The notes beneath the pieces are model-generated. The model was not told where the DNA came from. It was given only the letters and a program-made list of their open reading frames with translations, and searched no databases. Positions 12,471-26,260 of a DNA stretch of 64,000 bases are shown piece after piece (the first letter of the stretch is position 1; each line of letters opens with the position of its first letter). Location of the stretch: the NCBI RefSeq assembly GCF_036321535.1, contig NC_087436.1:40798001-40862000 (forward strand), in the 5' to 3' direction. Made by a program: the position numbers and the translations under genes. Source of the stretch: Camelus dromedarius (Eukaryota).

Positions 12471-13749
12471 CGGTGGTGGGAATAGTCAGTTACTCTATGC
12501 GTCTTATAATGGTGATAATTTTAGTACAGTGTAATGACTGTCACTTGGCCTCGGCATAATTTATACTTAATTACTGCCACCCACCTGCTTTCACTGGCTC
12601 CTTGGAGTTTTATTTCTTCATACATATCCGGTAGGCAGGCTAAGAGCTCCACCAGGAATGGGACTTGAGATTGAGTCTAGATGTACAGATTCAGCACAAC
12701 ATGGCTATCACGTAGTAGGCTCAAAACCCATGGTTTCCTTGAATGAATGGATGAACCACTGGCGAGAGGCAGTCTAAACTGGGCGCTGCCCTCTGTTCTC
12801 CAGTGTCCTGAAAAGTCAGGTGCTCCAGGCTCTAGAAGACAAGAGGAAGGCCAGCAATTGAAAGACCATTTTTGGATCTAAGGCGTGCCTCAAATTTGTG
12901 TTTTGTTAGGGGAGTCTTTTTTTAATTCTTATTTTGATTCCAAATAACTCAGAAGGCACAAATATTTAATAAACAGGAGTCAACCATTGGGGAGTTGTTT
13001 TGTTTTGTTGTGTTTTGACATTTGTGGGTTTGTTGTCTAGCACTACCCTCCTTTTGTGGAAACAGTATTGTGAATAGGATTTTGATTGTAAATAGGCAAT
13101 TGTCCCTCACTCAGCCTATGTACTTCAGGTGATGCTAACTCCTGCCTGCCTCCAGTGCACACGACCCTGACTTCAATGAAATTTCTTGTTTCCCTGGTAA
13201 CAGGGATTATTTCAGAGATATGCATTATGCCCAAGCCAGGGCAATCAAATACAGAAAATTAGTTCTGGACTTTGTGCACCCTATAGGTTAGAGTCTCACA
13301 GAAATGTTGAAATCTTACCCACTGCAGGTCTGTTATGCTAAGGTTAGGGCTCCAGCAGGGAAAAAAAAAAAAAAAAAAAAAACTTGCAATCCTGAAACAT
13401 GGATGCTGATATGTCGTGGTTGCTACTGAGGATATTGGCTTTGTAATCAACCTGGACCCTCAGCTCTTGCAAAAGTGCCCACCACCACTCCCTTTCCAAA
13501 TAAGAGATTTCCCCTGTACTGGGAAGTGCTACAGAGGTTTCTCCTCCACAGGCGAACACGTACTTCCCTGAGAAGTTTCATCCACCTACTCTTTTGGCTG
13601 TAAGACCCTTATCTAAGCATAAGTCCTACCATACCTTCACTGGGGACAGGTTGCACCTGATAGGAGGGGAGGGTGGAATGGGAAGAATCAGCATCTACAG
13701 GCAGGAGGCAGGTGAGTTCACCTGGCATGAAATTTTGCAGGTGCTTGAT

Positions 13750-14500
13750 CAGGGCGGCCACAACATTTAAGACTGAATAAATAAAAATTCATTGACTTAG
13801 GGGCACCTTCTTAGGACACAATGTATAATATCCTAGGAAGGACCCCAAGGAAAGAGGTGAATTCAGTGCTAGCATGGCTCTTAGAAAGTGATGGCTAAGG
13901 CTAAGCCAAATGGAAATATCTAGGTTGCCCTGGCATACTTAAGAGGAGGGACTAAAGAGGCTGAAGGAGGTAGGGTTGCTGTGCTGGGGAGAATTTACTG
14001 CTTGAGGCCAGAATACCCACCCCTGGATTATGTTCCACCAGAGGACCAGACAAAACTATATTCATTGAATGTCATCAGGAATGTACTGTGGAAGGGACCC
14101 TAGCATCACTAAGATGCTTACTGGAGATTATCCTCTGCAGACATAAGTTAGTAGCAAGAGGGATGACTACAGAGCTGGGCTGGTTGATATCCATGAGACC
14201 AACCGATGGCCAGGCCATGAGGCCAGTAGGTGACACTTAGTCACCAGAAGGCAGGAAGTTGCAATTACTATAAAGACCCAGAGGGGCAATCAAGAGGGAT
14301 TGACACACAGGAAGTTGAAACTGTGAACAGAACATGTTTTTTTCTTAAGAACAGAAGAGATCAATAGCCAATATGGTGCTATGTAACATCTACAACCAGA
14401 AAAAAAGGCAGTAATGGAAAAACAGGAAACTGAAAGAAGTCATTTAGATAACAAGGCATGGTCTCAAATCCATTTTCCCAGAAGCTAACAGCTCAGAAAC
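13750..14500 (+). mobile_element. ERVL internal (gag-like) relic
   Basis: ttgccctggca..gaggagggactaaagaggctgaaggaggtaggg..gaggccagaatacccacc..ttatgttccac..agcatcactaag resembles ERVL gag; frames are disrupted. Confidence 0.7.
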
Positions 14501-15234
14501 ACTGTTATAGGTTTTCTTCTGGCACTGAGACCTAGGTGTTAGGACTCCCCACAGACTTGGAGGCATGAACTTGGTGACAGTGTACATATTAGAAGCATGT
14601 GGAGGAACGTGGCCTTCTTCCAAATATTGTAGCCATCATGTCTTTTAGTTCAATTAGATACAAAAGCCCTATTAACTGAATGGCACCTTCTAGCTTGGCT
14701 CATTTATTCAATTACCTCATTAATTCTCATTATGAATCTCAGTATGACCATCACTCAGAGGGACTTCTTGCCTTACAAACTCTTAAACTCTGCTTGAATG
14801 AAGCTACTAGACAAGAAAACATATCTGTAGTAGTGACCTCTGCTACCAGTAGAAAAATCATCCATGCCTATCACAATTTCAAAAGTGGGAAGAATTCCCA
14901 ATTTTGTCAAAGCTTTGAAAAAAGCATCCTGGATTTGAGATTTAATTTCTGAGAAAGTACACAAGATTTCTTGGAAAATCATTCACACCATTTATCCTCA
15001 TTTCTAACCTCATCTTTTAACAGCATCAATTTCAAACAGAAAAGTTAACTTCCACAACATGATGACTATAGTAACTTTGTTGAGAAAATAAAAGTAGAAT
15101 GAAAGAAGAAGAAAAATCTTTTCAAAAACAGATAGGGTAGGCAAGATGATATCCTGAGTGTACAGCATGCTAGAAGTTCAATTCACTTTTTGTGTAATTT
15201 TTTTCACTTTGTAATTTTAGATAAGAATTGTAAA

Positions 15235-17283
15235 GCCCTCAAATGCTACATATTATATGGTTTCATTCACATGGCATTCTGGAAAAAGGCACAATTGTAG
15301 GAAAAGGAAATACATAAGAGGTTTCGAAGAGATGGGGGAAAGAGAACTTTTCTCTGCAAAGGGTCTTCGAAAGGGAATTTGTAGGGTGATGGGGTTATCC
15401 ATTATGTTACTGTGTAGACAGGTGACTATTTTTTAATCAAAACCCATAGAACTGTACACTATAACCAATGACTTTTACTGTATTCAGACTGAAAAAAAAA
15501 GTAATCAGGCAGGATGGGATGCAGATTGTGACAAATAAATCTAACTCTATTGCAATATATATATGACATGACCTCACAGAAGTGGGTGGGGGAGGAATGA
15601 GCTAACCTAAACAACTCTGGAAAAGATGTGTTCTCAGACATAAGGATAAAAACATAAAGAATTATGAATAAAAACTGTAGTTGGAGTACAGTTATGTCAC
15701 AGGGGTACAATTTAGTAATTCTGATTCTACTTTATATGTATCCTATAGTTGAATTAATAGATGAAAAATATTGCAGATGACAGCTAGATTCCTCTTTTAC
15801 AATACGTTACAGTAAAATAAGCAAGCTAGGAATGCTAGCATAGACACTAATGTTCTGGATTAGAATCAATATCAATCTAAATGTATGTTTATTTTTTACT
15901 ACAGAGAGAGACAGATACACATTCAAATATATGGGTATATGTTAGCTAGTATACATATATATGGCATTAAAAGAAGGTTTAGAAGCAATGACACCCCAGT
16001 CATAAGGACGCATACACATTCCAAGATTTTTCTTTCAAGATACCATTATTCAATAAAAGGAGTCAGACATCGTTGGGAAAATAGCTGATTCCAGAGCTGT
16101 TGGCGGGGGAGATGAAAGACGAGCCTGAAGCATCCTGTAGTGTCAGCAAGTCCAGAAAGTGCTGAAAGAAAGAAGAAAAGAAGGACAGAGGGTGGAGGGG
16201 GAGAGAGATCAGGAAAATGGGAGTGAGAGGGAGAGAGGAAAGGAGGGAGAGAACATAGGAGAGGAGAAGGGAGGACACGAGGTGGTAGGTGGGTCAAAAC
16301 AACAAGTGAGCCTCCCTGACAGTGCCTCCACTGGCAAAATCTGAAACGATTTGAGCAAAAGTATAACAGTAGTATTGGATTATGACTCAAAAAACAAAAT
16401 ATCCATGATTCCATACTAATATTAATAAATGATTAAATAAACAGATAAAGGAGAAGGGATAAATCATCTTTACAGAAGAATTCTAATTAATAAATACAGA
16501 AGAAATAAAGGAGCTAAAAAATCACCATTAGAACACCACCGTAATAATTGCTACATGCAAGATTCAGTGATGGATGCTAAAATTACTAGGGAAATAGTTA
16601 AGAAACAGGATACATGCATAGCCTCACAGTACCTTGCACAATATTTATATTAATTACCATGGTGCTTTTAACATACATCTACAAGTTTGTTGTTATTACT
16701 CGGTCCAAGTGAAGATTAATTTCTCTTCCCTTGCGTATGAGCTAGACTTAATGACTCCCTCTTAATGAATAGAATATGGAAAAGGAGAAGCAGTACCTTG
16801 ACAGTTGGCAAGGGTGGTAGACAATACATTAACCCATTACCACTAGGATATCAGATTGATTTAATAGACTATTGATATGATACAATGAGAAGGCAGCATA
16901 ATTTCTGTGTTTTTTTCCCCCCAAAATTGTAATTTCAGTTCACTCAATAAGGACATTTCTATGAAATATGTGGCCAATACTCTTCAAAAACGTCACAGTC
17001 ATGACAGCCAAAAAAAGACTGACTAGCTATAAGACACTAAAGTGACATGAAGACTATTGGCCTAGATTCAGTTCTGGGATAGAAAAGGGAAATTAGTGAA
17101 AATATCAGGGAAACTCAAATAAAGTCTGTAGTTTAGTTAATAGTATTGGACTGATGTGAATACCTAGTTTGATAAAATTAGCATGGTGCTTTAAGAAGCT
17201 ATGTGCTGTGTGAATGGTACACTGGAACTCTGTACTATATTGACAGCTCTTCTGTAAATCTAACATTATTTCAAAATAAAAGT
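15235..17283 (+). mobile_element. L1MC3-like long 3'UTR
   Basis: cattctggaaaaaggcacaattgtagg, caaaacccatagaactgtaca, ending ggaactctgtactatat..ctgtaaatctaacattatttcaaaataaaagt. Contains a GA-rich tract at 16165-16280. Confidence 0.85.
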
Positions 17284-17973
17284 ACCGAAGAAAATATGTG
17301 CCAGATTTAATGTGAAACCAGTCAAAAATAATGTGATTTATAGAAGCTAAAATTCTATAAGAGCTCATTCTTCAATTTAAGGTATTCCATTAACTTCTAA
17401 TCTGTTGATTATGTATGGAATTCAGAGAATATTTAAACTTTTCCCCCAGAGAAAATAATTAACTTATCAATGCTGTTATGTTATCTGATAAAAAGATTAC
17501 TGTTGGTACATTCAGAACAGCTAGAGTCTGAAACTATTTTCTTTTATTATGTTTACTCAGCCGCATTATATGCTACATTAGGCATTTACTGAGAGTACAT
17601 TTTTTAATGTTATTTTCCATCTTGTCATTGATTTTTCTAATTCCAATAACCACCTGGAGCTTGTTCTTGATCATAGTTTAGTATAAATCAATACCCTGCT
17701 TTTGTCTAATAAACATTCTTTTCGGTTATTTAGCTACTGTAATATTTCGTTGGTTGACATAAACATTGTCCAAGGTACTCCCATCCAAGTAGTTATGATA
17801 AAAATGAAACAGCCACAAAAAGATTTGTGCACTCTTGAGTATGTCCTTTATTTTATTAGATGAAGAATCACAGTGCTCTGTCATGACACAGTCATCCTCC
17901 CAGAATCAGTCTTTGTTGATTCCCAGGGCTTGCTCCACTGAAAATGTTTTAACATATTGTCTCTGTTTTTCAG

Positions 17974-18040
17974 TGGGCTGATTTCTGAAATAAAACTCAT
18001 GATTTCAGTGGCTGTGGAGAAACTTCAGTTGGATTTGATT
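17974..18040 (+). pseudogene. Candidate exon A of a decayed plus-strand gene (GLISEIKLMISVAVEKLQLDLI)
   Basis: Acceptor tgtctctgtttttcag|, donor ATT|GTGAGT, one frame open throughout, ends in phase 0. Confidence 0.35.
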
Positions 18041-18314
18041 GTGAGTAGAATTCAATAACTACAGGCTTCAACCTCTTGTCTATATTACTCACGTCATATT
18101 CATTTACATTTTCCAATGACATATTTCATTTTCAAGCTTATGCTATATGTGGCTGAACTTTGCTAAATGTTTCTTTCTCTCTGTATGTATAATTTTACAT
18201 GGTAGATAATGAACTTCTTATTAATGAATTTTGTGTTAGGCACTTTAGAAATGAGAATGGCTTTTCAAAATCAGTAATTATAATCAGCAGAACAAAACAA
18301 TCAAACATAAATAG

Positions 18315-18656
18315 AATTTGTCTTTTTTTTTTTTCAGATTCCACATACGAGTGATATCATATGGTATTTTTCTTTCTCTTTCTGGGTTACTTCACTTAGA
18401 AGACAATCTCCAGGGCCATCCATGTTGCTGTAAATGGCATTATTTTATTCTTATTTTATGGCTGAGTAGTATCCATTGAATAAATATACCACAACTTCTT
18501 TATCCAGTCATCTGTCGATGGACATTTAGGTTGTTTCCATGTCTTGGCTATTGTAAATAGTGCTGCTATGAACATTGGGGTGCATGTGCTGTACACCAGA
18601 AATTGACACAACATTGTAAAGTGACTATACCTCAATAAAAAAAGTAAAAAAAAAAA
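18315..18656. mobile_element. Young 5'-inverted L1 with target site duplication (TSD)
   Basis: Antisense L1 at 18315-~18588 joined to a sense 3' end and polyA; TSD aaacataaatag at 18303-18314 and 18657-18668. Confidence 0.9.
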
Positions 18657-19719
18657 AAACATAAATAGGATTATTTGTCATATAACTTCACAAACACATG
18701 CTCTCTTGTGGTTTAATTAAAGAATCAGTTTACTATTTTTATAAAAAGTGACAAGGCAAAAATTAAATGTTTACAAGAATCAAAAGATTGTGTTGCAACC
18801 TTTCTTTCTCAGGAAAAATTTGGGGGTAAAATTTGTTCTCTGATGCTTTGAAATTAGGGTTATGAAGGTCTTTTTAATTTCTCCTTTGTTCAATGTGGAG
18901 GGCCACATGTAGTGAAAGTTTAATAATGTGACTGCTGAAAGACTTATTTATTCCAAAATTTAAACAATATATATTCCTATATATTCCATTTCTAGAAAAG
19001 TATGCTGTGATTCATAGTTGCATAAAAACAAAACTCTTCAGACAAGAAAACATAAATTGTATTATAAATTAGGAAGAATATCATAGTGTTTAGGATCCAT
19101 TTATTTGATTTAAAGAATTTTCATATACCATTAACCTGATTTGATAATAGATTCATTCAAAAGTTGATGTTTGCAAACACAGAAAAAAAAGATAAAGATT
19201 TTTTACTGGATCAATAAATTTAGTTTCAATTTTTTTTTACCAGCTTTGTAACAGAAAGGAAATTATTATTTGCCTGTAGGCCATTTAGCTATTATTGTCT
19301 TCATTTAATACTTAGTGAAACACAAAAATGCATAAACTTTCTAAATATATGAATCATATATATTAAAACACTTTGATTATTCTGATTTGAAAAAAGAGAA
19401 TATGAAATGAAATGACAGATTAAATAATCCAAAATGAAATTATACATTTTAATAGGAAAAAAATCTAAATACAGTGTCTTTATATTTTGGAAATTTGGCT
19501 TCTTAATCATTTAAAACTAACAGGAGATCAATTTTCTTATTTAATTATGCATCCTTTCTAAAATGAATAAATAAAATTTAACTTTATTTAAATGTATTTC
19601 AAGTTAAGAAAACTTTTACTTTTATGAGATAAAAGTAATCCATCATCATATTAGAATTATTGAATTATATATTATAATATAATATGTGATAATTATAGAA
19701 CTATATTAGAAATATAGAA

Positions 19720-20940
19720 AATACAATAATATTCCATCATAGAGGATAACCTATGAACATTTTGGTCTAATTGATTCATATATGTTTCCTATTTGTAAAC
19801 ATTTATTTTTTATAGAATTGAATAGTGCTATACTAGAATATTTTGATTACTCCCAATATTTTGCCATCATAAACTGTAATAAGCAAAATGGCATACTAGG
19901 TATATTTCTGATCACTTCCTTTGTATAGATTCTTAGATGTACAGTAGCTGCATTAAAGGATATGAATATTTTTAAATGTTAGCCAAATAATTTAAAACAT
20001 GTCTTTGAGGTCTGTTCAACCAATTAACATTCGGAAAATGTTCATATTACTTGTCCATACTATCTATGAATGCTGTGACCTTAAATCTTAGAACATTTTA
20101 TAGGTGAAAATGTCATTTTAACTTGTATTTCTTTGATTATTATTGATGATTAAAAATAATTATTTTGTATTTTGTTTTCTATGGATTGTTTGTACATTGG
20201 TTTGTTTTACCCTATTGGGATTTTTCTTATAAATTTCACAAGTATTCGGTATATTTTAATCATCAATCAATATTTTGATATATATTTACCCTATTGATTT
20301 TATCTTACTATTGTGACTATGATTTTTGATATGTGCATTTTAAGAAAGTAATAATTTTCCCTTTTTAAAGCTTTTTTTTATAATTAAAGTTTATTATATG
20401 CCCCCTATCCAAGATTCAATAAATGTTTCACTAATATGCATACCAGCATTCCTTTATTTTTTTATTTCATCTTGCTTTTATCTATTTTGAATTTTGGTAG
20501 GTGATGGGAGATGAGGCACTTTCTTGTTTTTATTCACCCCCAAATGTCAATGATTTAGATACAATTTATTGAAAACCCCACTCCTTTTCTATTGGTTTGT
20601 GATATTTCCTTGGTCATATGTTAAACGTTGATATATATTAGGGTCTGTTTCTGATTTGTCTGATTTGAGTGTCTTTTCTTGCATCCCAACAGCAGTGTTT
20701 CAATCATCATGCCTTGTAACAAACCAGAATATCATGTAGTAAAAAATCTTTCCTATTTCATTTCTTTATCAAAACAAATTTACTTGCCTACTATTTTTCC
20801 TGAAGAACTTTCAAATTTTTCATAACTATTCAAGTTCTAAAATACCCACTTTAATTTCTATTATAATTCTATTAAATCTACATATTATTTAGATATAATC
20901 AACATTTCTAAAACATTGTCATTCTATCCAGCAATCTATA
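19720..20940 (-). mobile_element. Highly diverged L1ME-type fragments
   Basis: T-rich antisense ORF2 motifs (cattttaacttgtatttctttgattat; tatatattagggtctgtttctga). Confidence 0.6.
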
Positions 20941-20962
20941 TTTCTGCTTGTTTGTGGACTCC

Positions 20963-20995
20963 TGTGTGTGTGTGTGTGTGTGTGTGTGAGTGTGT
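20963..20995 (+). repeat. (TG)n microsatellite
   Basis: Direct reading. Confidence 0.95.
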
Positions 20996-23136
20996 AGTTT
21001 TTATTAATTTCTTTAGATTTTCCAATTTAAGGTTTCTTTTCTCCCACAGAATTCATTCATTTTGTAAATGGGCAGCTTGTTTTACATGTTATTTGATTTT
21101 ACACAGCCTTCTTAAGAATGATTGTTTACTTAGATTTGAATTCAAATGTTGCCTTTACTCGCTTCCAAATTATCAGTCATCTGAGATTCAGATTCAATTG
21201 TTCATTTGAGGCCTTAGACAAGCAAAAACTTTAAATGCAGCTCAATTTTTATAATTAAAGTAGTTGAAATATTCAGATATTCTAGAAAGCAAATTAAAAT
21301 GTCGTGCAGCAAAGTAGTATTTGATTTAACTGTTCACTGTTGTAATGAGTGGCAACTAGAAATATGATTCTGAATTATGGAAGGTTTCATAAAAAATTAT
21401 ACTGATAGCAATGTAATTTGAAGTAAGCTGAGGGAGTTTTCTTTCAAACACTAGTTTTCCTATGTTCTGCTGATGGTAGGACCTATTACATGGATTTTTC
21501 ATTTCTATTTTTATTTACTAATATAGAAGTTTTATTTACTTACTTTATCCAATACCACAAACCTCATATTAAAATATTCATGATTAATACCACCTATTTC
21601 AATGAGGTGTTTTGATTAGTGTAAATTAACGTAATAATAGGTAAGTGTTGCTAAGTTTCAAGCAGAACTAGTTCATTCATGTGGCAGTACAAATTCATTC
21701 ATATTCTTTTGATAAAGAATGTGACAAAGCATATCATAAACTATAGAAAAATCACTTTGACCTTTGACTCAATAATTCCATTCTTGTAAAAGTACTTTAC
21801 AAAACAGTTTAAAAGAAGAAGGGAAATAGAGGAGGGGGAAGAAAAGAAAGAAAAAAAGAGGAGAAAAACTATAAGTACAAAGAAGTGCATGGCAGCAATA
21901 AGAATAAAGAAAAATTATAAATAGTAAAGGCATTGAATCATTAAGCAAATTAAAATATTGTCATTTGAAGACACTTTACACTGACATGAAAATAATTATG
22001 AATAGGATTTTAACATGGAAAAGAATATCTGTTGTAATTCTAGATAGTAAAAGGTGGAAAGTAAAATTTTGTGCAGACTATATTTGCAAACGTTTGTTAA
22101 GACCACATGAAATGTACATATATCCTGGAACAAAATATAAAATTGAATTTTTTCTTTTAAAATATGTTAATTTTCTCAATGATGATATTACATTTCAGTG
22201 ATCAGACACCTAATTTTTATTTGGTGGATTATTAAAATATTTTAGAAAAAATTAATTATTTTGTGTCACTCATAGTTTTAAGTCTCACCCATTTTATATT
22301 TACTGTAATAAAGCCATAGCACCATTCAGTGTTGTATGTAGCATCTCAAGTATGGAATTTTTTGTGCATGTGAATCTATACTATAGATATATAGGATATC
22401 CATTATCTTGCTTAATTCATTATGTCACTTAAATTTAGGTAATCAAATATATTCTTTTTCTTTTCTTTTGTGCTGTCTACATACACATGTACATATACAA
22501 TTTGTCTTTCTCTGTGTATTTCTGACTGTGTTTCTCTCCCTGTCTCTGTCTTCATACACACACACATATAAATGCATATAATGTATATTTATATTATATG
22601 TATATGAGGTGTATATATGTATGTACATACAGAGATAGAGATATAATTCATTTGTATTTCCAAAAATATCTGGCTTCTTAGGATAATATACATAATAACA
22701 AAGTTAGTTAAAATGTTAAGAAATACCTTTGTAAAAAAACAGTATATTGTTTGACAAAGGAAAATATAAACAATAACTTAACATTTATAAAAGTAAGTTA
22801 AAAACACACATAGACATTCACCTCAATATATATGCCATCTGTTTACAGCATCTAACAAGATTTCTTAGATATTTCAGGGAATGTACTGATCATCTAGATC
22901 AGAGTTTATTAACTTCAATCCCTACAAGGACCAGGCCAACAACACAGAACAAGCTGATGAAGCTTCACTTGCTATCTGTGGCAGGTCCAAAAAGGACTGC
23001 AACTGAGTGAGAAAGTAGACCCAGGGTTCAAAAGGAGCTATATATCTAGACTTTAATGTAAAATTTTCCTTGTTTGATGTTGGAATTTTTTTTTTTTTTT
23101 AATTAACACCATAGGTCAAGCAAATCCCTTTTTTCA

Positions 23137-23455
23137 TGTTTTATTGTCTGAATATGCCCCCTACCCCAATTCATATGTTGAATCCTAAGCCCCAAGGGTG
23201 ATAGTATTGGGAGATGGGGCTCCTGAGAGATGATTAGATCCTGAGGGCAAACCCCTTATTAAGGGGTTTAGTGTTTTAAAAGAGAATTGGCAGAGATCCT
23301 GCATCTCTTCTACCACGTAAGGATACCAAAAGTCTGCAACCCAAAAGAGGCCCTTCACCTGACCATGCTGGAACCCTGATCTAGGACTTTCAGCCTCCAC
23401 AAACGTGAGACACAAACTTCTGTTGTTTAAAAGCTACCCAGTCAAATGTACTATA
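23137..23455 (+). mobile_element. MLT1A-like MaLR LTR
   Basis: aattcatatgttgaatcctaa..gtattgggagatggggc..gaccatgctggaaccctgatctaggactttcagcctcca..ctgttgtttaaaagctacccagtc. Confidence 0.9.
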
Positions 23456-26104
23456 ATATACATCATATCTAGCTTATGATCTTTCGTTATAGATTAATTT
23501 TTTTTTAATTTTGCAATCTGGCAAATTAAGAAATAAGGCCTACGAAGTGAGAATAAAATCTGAGAAGCTAAGATCACAGAGCTGACTGACCACAGAGATG
23601 CAACAGTACACAAGGCTTCTGGGTTGTCACTCTGCATAACATATTTGTCTACTAATTAAGAGTTCTTTATTAAGTCAATTTTAAAGAACAAATGAAGTTT
23701 TAATTTCTACACGGGCATTACAATAGCAAACCTTTTAAGATCCCTTAACATTAAGGAGTGCAGAATATCAAGATTTTGTTTTTCTTTGAATAACTGCTAA
23801 TTCTATTACTAATAGGTTTCAAAACTCCTTTTTAAATGTGATGACCTAAACCCAAATTTCCTCTTGGGAAACAAGAAAAAAAGTGTGAATCATTCCACCT
23901 ATATTAAAGCCAATGACTTTTTTTAAAATTAAAAGTAATTCAAACAGAATTTAATTTTGCCCAACTGATTTGCATTTTGCAAGAAAATGTGGAAACTTTG
24001 TCATCATTCAACATTCCAATGGCATTGGCATTTGAGATATAATTTATTTAAACCGAGCTTTTTGTGCTGCCTTGCTCATTTTTCAAATGTCTCTTCCAAG
24101 CTGTGGGACTTCAGTATGTCAACCTCCCCGCCTCTTGCAGTTCTCAGAATAATAAATGATTTGCAGTATCATTTATATTTTAAATTTTCTTATGAATAAT
24201 TGGTCACATTCTCTATTCTAGTCCCAAGACATCACTTGCAATCTAAGTTCCTTCTCAGTGTCATTGTTTTCTTTCAATTCCTCACTCCTCTTTCTCATTA
24301 ACTTACTGCCCCTAATTTTGCTAATCACCTCAATGGCACTTCAATTTACAGTAAGATTTCACACTTGACACACAACTATCATAGATGAAATATGCTGAAA
24401 AAGTAAACACCTCATTTCTGTTTCAACCTGTCTACTCATTCTTTATTCTTTTAGGTTTTCCCTTCCTCAATCTAGTCTATTTTCTTATCTTCAATAATTT
24501 CTAAAACATGCTTTGTTTAAATCAATCTGCTCCTGAAAATTTTCTAATAATCTTAGTTAGCTAAAGTGCTATACATAAACTCTGTATCCTTGTATTCTTT
24601 ACATGTCAGAGTGTTCTTTAAATTTTGCCCAATTTAAGTTTAATATGAATCTAGAATATTTAGAAAAATATTTTCTCTTTTAATTCTTTTTTTGAGAATT
24701 CAAGTTATCTTCTAGATATTAGACTGGTTCATTCATTGTCTCTCAAACATTACTGTCCAAGCCACTTCTTTGGCTACTGTTCCCCAACAAGGACCTCCTA
24801 GCACATCCTTTTTTCACATATGGCAGGATAATTTGTTGAGGTATTGTTTACATTTTGCTATGCTTTTATTTTTCCCTTATTATTTCAAGCTGTTTCCCAA
24901 GCATACAGAATTTTGACCAAGGGAAAATTTACTTTCCCAGAGGGGAAAAAAATACTTGTCCTATATCTTCCCAGCTTTTTGCTGTTGTTGTTGTTTTTGT
25001 TGTTTCCCAGAAGGCCAGATGCCTTGAGGGATTTTTACTTATTAAGAGGAATGAAGGGAGGACAGGATGGGTGAGGGGAGAGAAAAAGAGAAAGGAAGCC
25101 CATGAGTGTTAGGGGAAGGAGATCAACAGATAACTAGACTACAGGAGAGCACTCCCTACTCCCTGGTGGTGCCAGGATGGGTGGCCACGCAGCACAGGGT
25201 AATCTTTTCATTTCTGAATCTTAAAGAGGAGACAACTTAGGCTCACCCAGAAGCAAAGATTCTTGTGTGCAAACGTGACATGGAAGCAGTACTTACTGAA
25301 GTTGGTGGACTGCATTTGACTTGAATAAAATTATTATACATTTTGTCCACATCTAATGTGTAAAGTAAGATACACCCCTAAGACCATTCATCCTCTAAGA
25401 CTCAGCTCAATACTACATTTATAGGCACATGAAAAAATGTTCAATACCACTAGCTATCAGAGAAGTGACCTGTGGGTGTGACATTTTCTCAGCAGAGGTG
25501 AGCGTGGGAAGACATAATTTTTCATATATTACCTTAATCCTGCAAGTATTTATTGAACTATGAAGATTATAATAAATAGATGTTGAGACCCTGTACAGGA
25601 AAAAAAAAAATAGAGTAAAACCCCAGCTCATTTGTCTGAAGTATCTTTCACATGCTAGGACCCTTACGTAGATGATCTAATTTACTTCCCTGTTAAGCAG
25701 CGAAAGAGAGGTTGTCGTCCCTCTTTCTAGAGCAGGAAACCAGCTAAGAGACGAAGCTACTTACTCAAGGTCACCCAAGCAATGTGACTTAACTCGCTTA
25801 AGGAGCAGGCTTATACTTGGAAGTTTTACAATATGACATAAACTATGTAATTCTTACTATGGTCTCTCCATTTTAAAACAAAGTGTTTTAACTGTATTCC
25901 TGCAAAGCTTAAAAGTTCTTGATGTCTGATTCGTATAGATCTTTGCTTTACTCAGGAGCAAGATTTTAAAACAGCAGCTGAAACCCTGAAGACGCATTTT
26001 CCTCTCCCTTCTCGTAGATTTAATAGCAAACTTTACTCCCTCACTGTCCGTTTCTAGTGATATACAGGCTGGGTATTTTTTATAGATAACACAGCACAAG
26101 ATCA

Positions 26105-26260
26105 AAACGCGTGCAAAGGAAATAAACGGCTCGGGGGGCGCATCCGTCGTCCGCGGGCGGCAGCGCGTCGGCCCCGGTGCCGTGGGCTTGACTGCGGGCC
26201 TGACGGGCGTCCTGCTTCCCGACGGCAGCCGCAGAGCGGCTTCGGGTGGTTAAATCTCAG
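26105..26260. promoter_or_regulatory. Orphan CpG micro-island
   Basis: About 20 CpGs in ~150 bp, with raised CpG in the flanks (~25650-26600). Confidence 0.6.

Noticed and set aside
11695..12559. Eight overlapping ORFs of up to 245 aa on both strands
   Set aside because: Arg/Pro/Gly/Ala-rich products expected from stop-codon scarcity in a CpG island; no recognisable domain.
21278..21645. Further + strand donor-like sites (about 21423 and 21641; also 27376, 53032, 53303, 54501)
   Set aside because: Weak acceptors or multiple stops with no phase support; not distinguishable from chance.
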